Positions 57,275 to 64,000 of a stretch of 64,000 nucleotides of DNA are shown one piece after another (the stretch's first letter is position 1; each line of letters starts with the position of its first letter). Both the position numbers and the translations under genes were made by a program. Where the stretch lies: contig CAYXXZ010000001.1 of the NCBI GenBank assembly GCA_964469165.1, positions 72,405-136,404 on the forward strand, written 5' to 3'. Origin of the DNA: an uncultured Porticoccaceae bacterium (lineage in GTDB: Bacteria; Pseudomonadota; Gammaproteobacteria; Pseudomonadales; Porticoccaceae). The notes under the pieces are model-generated. The model saw only the letters and a program-made list of their open reading frames with translations, searched no databases and was not told the DNA's origin.

Positions 57275-59563
57275 CTACAGCGAGTAGCTGATTGCCTGCT
57301 TCTGCATTTCGTCGGTGCCGTCGAGAATACGGTCGACGCGGGCGCCGAATACCTGGTGAGAAATGGGGTGCTCGGAAATGAAACCAGCGCCACCGAAGAA
57401 CTGAAAACAGCGATCGACCGTGCGCCATTCGAAATTGGAATGCCAGAATTTGGAAATGGATCCCGTGGCGTGATCCAGAGTGCCTTGCTGATATCTTTTG
57501 TAGCAGTAATCCAGCAGCGCTCGTGCTACATTGATTTCGGTCTTCACTTGCGCCAGCACCGCCCGGGTATTTTCAAATTCGATCAGGTTGCGACCGAAAA
57601 CCTTGCGATCCAGCGAGAACACCAGGGCCTGGCGGTAGGCGAGGTCCGCCGAGCCCAGCGCGCGTGCGCCTACCTGGATGTGCCCCAGATCGAGCATACC
57701 CTTGGCCTGATTGAGAGCCTGACCTTCGACTTCACCCAACAGGGCTTCCTTCGGCACACGCACATCCGTAAAGAAGACCTCACAGGTGTCACCGCAGCGG
57801 TATACCAGGGTCTTCATACGGTTGGCGTGGATACCCGGCGTTTTTGCATCGACGATGAAGAAGCTCAGATGTTTGGGATCATTGATGTCGGTTTTGGCGA
57901 GCACGAAAAACAGGTCTGCCACTCGCGCAAAACTGATGAAGCATTTGTTGCCATTGATGACGTAGTCATTGCCATCGCGCCTGGCTACAGTGCGAAACGC
58001 ACGCACATCACTGCCGCTTTGCGGTTCCGTCATGGCGAATCCCGGCACTGCACCATCGAGCAGGCGCGGAAACCAGGCTTCCTTCTGGCGTTCTGTTCCG
58101 TGTTTCTTCAACAGTTCGATCAAACCATCCGACTGAAATAGCGGTCCGACGATGGGCCCGGCCCTGGATCGGCCCACCTCTTCACAGCCCACCAGATAGT
58201 TGAGCTCGTCGGCACCCGCCCCATCGTAGGCTTCGGGAATGCCACCAGCCAGAAGGCCGGCCTGGGAAGCCTTGGCATAGAGCTCCTTTGGCACCTTGCC
58301 GGTTTCGATCCAACCGTGGCAGAAAGGCTCCACCTCTTTTTCGAAGAAGCGCCTGAAGGAGTTGCGGTATAGCCGGTGTTCTTCACTGAAGATATCGGGG
58401 TCACGGTCGATAGACAACGCGTCGAAGTCCTGGTCGCTGGCGATATTGGTACGCTCGAAAATCTCCAGACGGATAATGTCCTTGGAACCGCTCAGCAGAT
58501 TCTCTGCCCGCGCCTGCGAGCCCAGCACCGCGAGGGGATATTTTTCACTGTAGGCATGTGCACCAATCACCTGAGAGGCTTCGGTGATTATTCTTTCTTC
58601 CGCATCACCGATCCACAAGCGAGCCATCAGACTTCTGGTTATGATTTCCTCAGAATTTTTTGCGACCCGGTCGATGCATTCGTCCAAAAAGGCACGCGCA
58701 CTCAACAGTTCTGCCTTGAGTTCCGAGAATTTGAACTGCACGGATTGATTTCTGAAAAGATCGCGCCCTTCCAAGGTATTGTTTTTGGCACAGTCTATGG
58801 CCAGACTCAGCGCCAGATCACCGCGCGCTACCGACCGTGCGCATTGCGCCAACCTGAGCAGCGACAACACCTTCTCGACCTCAACACTGCTCACCATCTG
58901 GCCGCCGAGAAGGCGCCCACTATCGATTTTCAGGTTATCTAAAAAGATGTTTTCCCGGGCATCTCCACTGGCATTTTCTTTACCAGCGTCGAGGCCGACG
59001 GCAGAAAAATCAATAAGGAAAAAACCGAACTCATTACTTTCCTTGGCTTTCGCCACAACGACGATGGCGTCCATCGTATCGCTATTGTAAATCCCTGTTT
59101 TTTCTCCGCGAATTATATAATCCTCTCCGGCTCGCTCAGCGCTTGTGGCGAATGCCTCTGGCTTCAGGTTTGCTCCCGACTCGATCAAGGCCAGCCCCAC
59201 TGATAGCTCACCACTACTCATGCGGGGTAACCAATCCTGCTTCTGCTGCTCCGAGCCAAGCCGGGTAACGAGATCCACCGTCAAAGCATTGTTCAGCAGA
59301 GGCAGTGCATTGCCGACATGGGTAGTGTGAACTTCATGCGCGAGTATCATCCGCACCAGTTGACTTCTGTCATCGAGCAAACTCAGCCCTGCACGCGGAG
59401 CGAGCAATCCCTGAGCGCCAGCAGAGCGAAACATTGCCCGTTGCGCAGGCACATCGAGAATTTTCTGTTCGCCAACGGCACTATAGATAGCCTTCAGTGA
59501 GGCTGTGCATTGCTGCTCCGCTTCGCCGAGCAAGGGTCGGGGCATTTGTTCCAGCTGTGTCAT
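57275..59563 (-). CDS. acyl-CoA dehydrogenase, two ACAD-like modules fused in tandem
   Basis: 762 aa. The C-terminal module has canonical ACAD blocks (F.MTEP.SGSD......T.A.RDG..YV+NG.K.FIS..). The N-terminal roughly 370 aa is a second, more divergent ACAD-like module. Confidence 0.8.
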   Translation of the reverse strand: MTQLEQMPRPLLGEAEQQCTASLKAIYSAVGEQKILDVPAQRAMFRSAGAQGLLAPRAGLSLLDDRSQLVRMILAHEVHTTHVGNALPLLNNALTVDLVTRLGSEQQKQDWLPRMSSGELSVGLALIESGANLKPEAFATSAERAGEDYIIRGEKTGIYNSDTMDAIVVVAKAKESNEFGFFLIDFSAVGLDAGKENASGDARENIFLDNLKIDSGRLLGGQMVSSVEVEKVLSLLRLAQCARSVARGDLALSLAIDCAKNNTLEGRDLFRNQSVQFKFSELKAELLSARAFLDECIDRVAKNSEEIITRSLMARLWIGDAEERIITEASQVIGAHAYSEKYPLAVLGSQARAENLLSGSKDIIRLEIFERTNIASDQDFDALSIDRDPDIFSEEHRLYRNSFRRFFEKEVEPFCHGWIETGKVPKELYAKASQAGLLAGGIPEAYDGAGADELNYLVGCEEVGRSRAGPIVGPLFQSDGLIELLKKHGTERQKEAWFPRLLDGAVPGFAMTEPQSGSDVRAFRTVARRDGNDYVINGNKCFISFARVADLFFVLAKTDINDPKHLSFFIVDAKTPGIHANRMKTLVYRCGDTCEVFFTDVRVPKEALLGEVEGQALNQAKGMLDLGHIQVGARALGSADLAYRQALVFSLDRKVFGRNLIEFENTRAVLAQVKTEINVARALLDYCYKRYQQGTLDHATGSISKFWHSNFEWRTVDRCFQFFGGAGFISEHPISHQVFGARVDRILDGTDEMQKQAISYSL

Positions 59564-59890
59564 GATTCTTCCGAATAGGTTGTCATTGAATGGGGTAGGG
59601 CGAGGCTGCTCGTCCTGCGGGAGAATAAAAAATAAATTGGGAAGAGCCAGTGATCAGCCGACCGAACCTGGAAATTTGTCCTGCCAATTTCCTGAAAAAT
59701 GAGTTGTCTGTGATCATCTTCAGAGCAGCCTTTATCATCGTATTATCCGCGCGACCGAGAGCCATGGCTCTTCAGTCTCTCTATGCAGGCAGATCCTAAA
59801 CTAAACCATACAGTATATTCAATATACCCGTGCATGTGTTCGCGCTTTAGGGGCACTACTGATAAGCGGGAAATTGAGTTACCGGCTGTT

Positions 59891-59990
59891 GTTGAGCTAT
59901 AAGCTGCAAGCTCTAAGTTAAACTCTGGTAGAACTCATGCTTTCAGAGCTTCTACTTAAAGCTTATGGCTTACAGCTTACCTTGCCCTCC
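59891..59990. repeat. repeat family 3, copy D
   Basis: GTTGAGCTATAAGCTGCAAGCTCTAAGTTAAACTC...CTACTTAAAGCTTATGGCTTACAGC. Confidence 0.75.
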
Positions 59991-60014
59991 GACTTGCCAT
60001 AAACCCCACCTTCC

Positions 60015-60779
60015 TCAGGCTACGTTCACATCGAGGCTCTTGCTGAGTCCGAGTTTTCCGCCGTCGACATACAGCGTTTTCCCAGTGACATATGACGCAT
60101 CATCCGTTGCCAGAAAAACGGCGACACCGGCTATTTCATCGACATTGCCAGGACGCCCCATGGGGATACGACTGAGGTTGACGGCGCGCTTCTGCGGCGA
60201 GTCGTACACGGACGCCGACATTTCCGTCTCGATGGTACCGGGACCGATAGCATTGACTCGCACACCCATCGGAGCGAGCTCAATCGCCGCGGCATTGGTC
60301 AGCTGCACAACCGCCGCCTTGGAAACGCAGTAGGCGACCGCACCGGGAGTGGCTATTTTTGCCGCCACAGAAGCGATGTTGATGATCGAACCACTACCGC
60401 GCGCAATCATGTGCGGAGCGGCCGCCTGGATGCCGAACAGCACTGACTTGAGATTGACCGCCATCACCTTGTCGAAGGACGCTTCATCGACGTCGAGGGT
60501 GGCACCGAGAGGTGCAATCGCAGCATTGTTGACGAGCACATCCAGCGAGCCAAAGGCGGCGATAGCCTCGGCGATCAGTTGCTCCACCTGCGCCTTGTCA
60601 CTGACATCGATACAGAGGCTTGGCTGGCCCAGCTCACTGGCGGCTCCGGCAAGCGCATCGCGGTCGATATCGACAAGCAGAACCCGCGCACCCTCTGCTG
60701 CAAAGCGTCGGGCAATCCCCAAACCGATGCCCTTGCCAGCACCTGTTACTACAGCACTCTTGCCACTGAGACGCGTCAT
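60015..60779 (-). CDS. short-chain dehydrogenase/reductase (SDR)
   Basis: TGAGKGIG cofactor motif, NNAA, and the S...Y..SK catalytic triad region. Confidence 0.9.
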   Translation of the reverse strand: MTRLSGKSAVVTGAGKGIGLGIARRFAAEGARVLLVDIDRDALAGAASELGQPSLCIDVSDKAQVEQLIAEAIAAFGSLDVLVNNAAIAPLGATLDVDEASFDKVMAVNLKSVLFGIQAAAPHMIARGSGSIINIASVAAKIATPGAVAYCVSKAAVVQLTNAAAIELAPMGVRVNAIGPGTIETEMSASVYDSPQKRAVNLSRIPMGRPGNVDEIAGVAVFLATDDASYVTGKTLYVDGGKLGLSKSLDVNVA

Positions 60780-60947
60780 ATTTCACCTTCTTCGCGCGAT
60801 CAACCATTTCGTTTTGTGCCGACTCACATACGCAACCGTCGGGATTCAGGCTTCCGGTTACAGTTCCGGTTTTTCGGAGAATATAAAAAAGGCCAGCGCA
60901 AGCACCGGCCTCAACTGCTCACTGCAGGGGAAGAGCTTCGTTTCGCA

Positions 60948-63152
60948 TCAGTATCTGAACGTTGCCGAAACGCCAAAGGTGCGAGGATTGGCGGGCAGGT
61001 ACTGGTCTGCGGTGGATGCGCTGGCGCCCATGGCATACTCCTTGTCGAACAGGTTTTTCGACCACCCCTTGAGAATGAAATTCTCCGCGGCGTTTTCCCA
61101 GCGCACTTCGGCGTTGACTATCGTGTAGGCGTCTTCCTTCAGGCGATTATCCACCTCGTAGAAGAACCGATCCGTGTAATAAAGCGAGGTGGCCAAGCCG
61201 AGCTGACCTTCCAGGAAAGGTATTTCGTAACTGATACCCAGGTTTGCGGTAACTGGCGGTGTGCGCACGGTTTCATTGCCCTTGGCATTGCCGAAACACT
61301 GCTGGTTGCCGAAGTTCGGATCACCGGGGCCAGGGCCGCCGAGCGCACAGCTGTAGGGTTCATTGAACGACATGGGTGCACCAGGGAAATCCTTGTACTC
61401 GCCGTCCGTGAAGGCGGCGCCACCCGAAACCGTCAGATGGTCGGTAACGACCATCTCGAAATCGAACTCGGCGCCCTGAAACTTGGCACTGGTCGCATTG
61501 AGGATCAGGGTTGAAGCTCCCAGCTGCTGAGACAGCTGAAGGTCATCGAACTCATAATAAAACGCACTCAGGTTGAGACGCAGGCGATTGTCCAGCAATT
61601 GCGATTTGATACCAACTTCATAGGCGTCAAGAATTTCTGCTTCGATGGGAGGGTTGCCCTGTGTCGTCAGGTTGAACTCGCCACTCTTGTAGCCGCGGCT
61701 GATGGTACCGTACAGCATGAGGTCCTCGGTCAGCTGGTGATCGAGGGCGATACGATAGGTGATCTGGTCGTCGTCCAGCTTGCTTGTGAAAGGCGCGCCG
61801 GTGCCGAAGGCTGTGGTGGTCGTCTGGTCCAGTGATTTTTCATCCTTGGTCCAGCGCACACCCAATGTCAGGTTGGTGTCTTGCAGCAGCTCATAGGTGC
61901 CTTGCGCAAAGAACGACATGGATTCCGTGTCCACTTCACCCTGACGGCGCAGGAATACGGCTGGCCCCGCGGCAAGGCCCGTTATGGTCTGATATTTCAA
62001 CTCAATCGTAGAGTCGAGGAAGTAGGCTCCCAGCACCCAATCCAACTTGCCGGGCTCCGCATTCTGCAGCTGGAACTCCTGCGTCCAGCCGGTATTCAGA
62101 TCTTCTGTGGAGGCGTGGACGATCCCTGCCGCAGTGCCGTCGAGATCCAACACCCAGCGGTTACTGTTCTCCTGGTAGGCGCTGATGCTGACGAACTTCA
62201 ACCCCGAAAACTCATGGTTGATGGTCAAGGCGCCGCTGCCACGGTGCGTTATCGAGAACGGATCGAAACTGTGCTGGATGTCATGCTCATTGCTCATGCG
62301 CCGCGTTACGCCGTCGAGGGCTATTGTGCCGGGATAGAACTGCCGCACCAAACCGATATCGCTATCAACCCGAACATAGTCGCCGGCCAGGGTGATCTCA
62401 GTGTTGTCGCCCGGCTGGATCAGAAGCTTTGAGCGCAGGGCATACTCCTTGGAAAGGCCGACCTCATTACCGGTGACGACGTTGTTTCCGAACCCCTCTC
62501 CACGATCCGTATAGAACGCCGCCAGGTCGATGGCCACGTTGTCCGTCAAACCTGTAGAGCCGTAGAAATTGCCCTCCAAAGTATTGTAGTTACCATACCC
62601 AAGGGTCAGTTCAGCTTGAGGCTCAAAGCTGGGCTTGCGTGTGATTACGTGCATCAAGCCGCCCGTGGCATTGCGCCCAAACAGGGTGCCCTGCGGCCCG
62701 CGAAGTACTTCCACACGCTCGATATTGTTGAACGAGAACAGTGTGACCGTCTGCCCGAGTACATAAACGCCGTCGATATACAAAGGTACACTGGGCTCCG
62801 AACCCGGCGAACCGGACTGGTTGCCGATACCGCGCAAGTAAAGCAGCGGCGTTGAGCCGGAGCGACCGATATTCAGGGCCGGAGCAAGCTGAACCAACTC
62901 CTCGTTGCCCTGGATGCCACGTCGCTCCATGGCGTCGGCGGTAATGGCGGTGATGGCGATGGGCACATCCTGCAGGGTCTGCTCGCGGCGCTGCGCGGTC
63001 ACGACAATTTCCTCCAGTGCCCGCGGCTGTGCCGACTGCGCCAACGTGTGCGCAGGAAGCATGGAGGCACCAGCCACTCCCAGCACCGCTGCGGCACAGC
63101 TTTTGAGTATCAGCGGACTTTTGTATGCGCTTTTATGTGTATTTCTATTCAT
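60948..63152 (-). CDS. TonB-dependent receptor 3
   Basis: 734 aa with signal peptide, plug motifs (LEEIVVTAQRREQTLQDVPIAI+A, IERVEVLRGPQGTLFGRNATGG) and a terminal ..ATFRY. Confidence 0.9.
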   Translation of the reverse strand: MNRNTHKSAYKSPLILKSCAAAVLGVAGASMLPAHTLAQSAQPRALEEIVVTAQRREQTLQDVPIAITAITADAMERRGIQGNEELVQLAPALNIGRSGSTPLLYLRGIGNQSGSPGSEPSVPLYIDGVYVLGQTVTLFSFNNIERVEVLRGPQGTLFGRNATGGLMHVITRKPSFEPQAELTLGYGNYNTLEGNFYGSTGLTDNVAIDLAAFYTDRGEGFGNNVVTGNEVGLSKEYALRSKLLIQPGDNTEITLAGDYVRVDSDIGLVRQFYPGTIALDGVTRRMSNEHDIQHSFDPFSITHRGSGALTINHEFSGLKFVSISAYQENSNRWVLDLDGTAAGIVHASTEDLNTGWTQEFQLQNAEPGKLDWVLGAYFLDSTIELKYQTITGLAAGPAVFLRRQGEVDTESMSFFAQGTYELLQDTNLTLGVRWTKDEKSLDQTTTTAFGTGAPFTSKLDDDQITYRIALDHQLTEDLMLYGTISRGYKSGEFNLTTQGNPPIEAEILDAYEVGIKSQLLDNRLRLNLSAFYYEFDDLQLSQQLGASTLILNATSAKFQGAEFDFEMVVTDHLTVSGGAAFTDGEYKDFPGAPMSFNEPYSCALGGPGPGDPNFGNQQCFGNAKGNETVRTPPVTANLGISYEIPFLEGQLGLATSLYYTDRFFYEVDNRLKEDAYTIVNAEVRWENAAENFILKGWSKNLFDKEYAMGASASTADQYLPANPRTFGVSATFRY

Positions 63153-63437
63153 TGAATCAACCCCTCAGGAATCACGAAAGCCGTTCGCTTTTATTTCTCG
63201 GCGGTGGTCCGCTATTATTTGCTTATACCGTACCGAATAGTCTAGGATGTGAAACATAGACCCACTAGTCTTGCTTGTCAATACCGTGTTACCGAAAGAG
63301 GCATTTGAGTATGCAGAGAAACGTTAAACATCGGCATCCGACGGAATAGGCAGCAGCTGTGACACAGCTTTTCTGGCATGGATCGGCCTGCATCCATAAC
63401 CTGTACTACTGACTTTTATCAAAAAGGAATTCCCACA

Positions 63438-64000
63438 ATGCAACCAGACCCCGGAATCTACCTGATCGCCGTACGTCGCGCGCTGCTGTCGCTGCTCGAA
63501 AATGGCAATGTGACGGACCCCGTCGCGACGTTCACATTGCAGCGGATTGCCGAAGGCTTGGTCCAGATGAGTCTGCGTTTCGACACGCTGCCGACGCTGG
63601 TACGCAACGTTGAAAAAGAGCAGCTTGCACTTGTGAAGGATATCGAGGCCATTGCGAGCGCTTCGACAAGACTGAGTAGCGACGCGGATGAAGATAATAC
63701 GGCAGTCACGGAGCCCGATATCCAGCGTTACGATCAACTCAGCGAGGCCTTGACCAAGGGCTTGCAGGCCATCGCCAGTAGCGCCAATACCGAGCAGAAG
63801 CAGGTAATTTTTGCTCGCGCGCGTGCGCTGGAAGACAGCATCCGCTCGGCCAGCAAACAGGCAGCCGCTGACACCAGGACTCGCGAGGAACGTCATCTGC
63901 TCACAGCGCAGAAAACACCACCGCTTCCCACCACGGAGGAGCTGGAAAGCTATCTGCGCGGTCTCGACGACTCCTCCAGCGCGGAAGTCAGCAACATCAG
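63438..64000 (+). CDS. hypothetical protein, 5' part (runs out of the window)
   Basis: ATG 63438 is preceded by AAGGA. The frame is open to the window end with high GC3 codon usage (MQPDPGIYLIAVRRALLSLLENG...). It is preferred over the antisense ORF 63324-63896. Confidence 0.5.
   Translation, partial: MQPDPGIYLIAVRRALLSLLENGNVTDPVATFTLQRIAEGLVQMSLRFDTLPTLVRNVEKEQLALVKDIEAIASASTRLSSDADEDNTAVTEPDIQRYDQLSEALTKGLQAIASSANTEQKQVIFARARALEDSIRSASKQAAADTRTREERHLLTAQKTPPLPTTEELESYLRGLDDSSSAEVSNI

Noticed and set aside
63324-63896. 190-aa ORF on the - strand.
   Set aside because: The + strand frame starting at ATG 63438 (with AAGGA upstream) is open to the window end, has high third-position GC and a more protein-like sequence. 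The - strand ORF is its shadow.

Overview
High-GC (about 60-70% by spot counts) gammaproteobacterium-like chromosomal window. All calls come from reading the ORF translations and DNA by eye; no searches were run. Five blocks are visible.

(1) 1-5.1 kb: a central-carbon cluster, tkt-epd-pgk-[argC]-fba.

(2) 5.1-7.9 kb: a low-GC islet holding a decaying gene for a secreted, protease-precursor-like protein.

(3) 7.9-24.8 kb: housekeeping genes.
- alpha/beta hydrolase, FAD oxidase, ydjM-like, FAH family, srkA
- two tandem MFS paralogues
- ydbH-ynbE-ydbL
- Tag-like glycosylase and a secreted beta-propeller protein
- a small toxin-antitoxin islet: higBA-like plus yhaV with a frameshifted prlF

(4) 24.8-33.7 kb: a lower-GC, EcoR124-like type IC restriction-modification island, hsdM-rhuM-hsdS-(AlbA_2/Schlafen-like gene)-hsdR.
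- The four upstream genes are close-packed: rhuM/hsdS and hsdS/AlbA_2 overlap, and hsdM and rhuM are 2 nt apart.
- The AlbA_2 gene occupies the hsdS-hsdR slot that the anticodon nuclease PrrC occupies in EcoprrI. This is my best candidate for an uncharacterised R-M-linked defence module.

(5) 33.8-64 kb: more housekeeping, then a roughly 22 kb catabolic island.
- Housekeeping: RumA-like methyltransferase, glutaredoxin, thioesterase, TRAP dctQM without dctP, can, ppnP, M48 lipoprotein, yaaA, and a DUF938 gene with an in-frame TGA.
- Catabolic island: three TonB-dependent receptors interleaved with a KstD-like flavoprotein (frameshifted), an OYE reductase, AraC/TetR regulators, a crotonase, a nitroreductase, a tandem-fused family III CoA-transferase, a tandem-fused acyl-CoA dehydrogenase and an SDR.

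Several intergenic palindromic repeat families punctuate the window. No rRNA, tRNA, CRISPR array, integrase or transposase was recognised.
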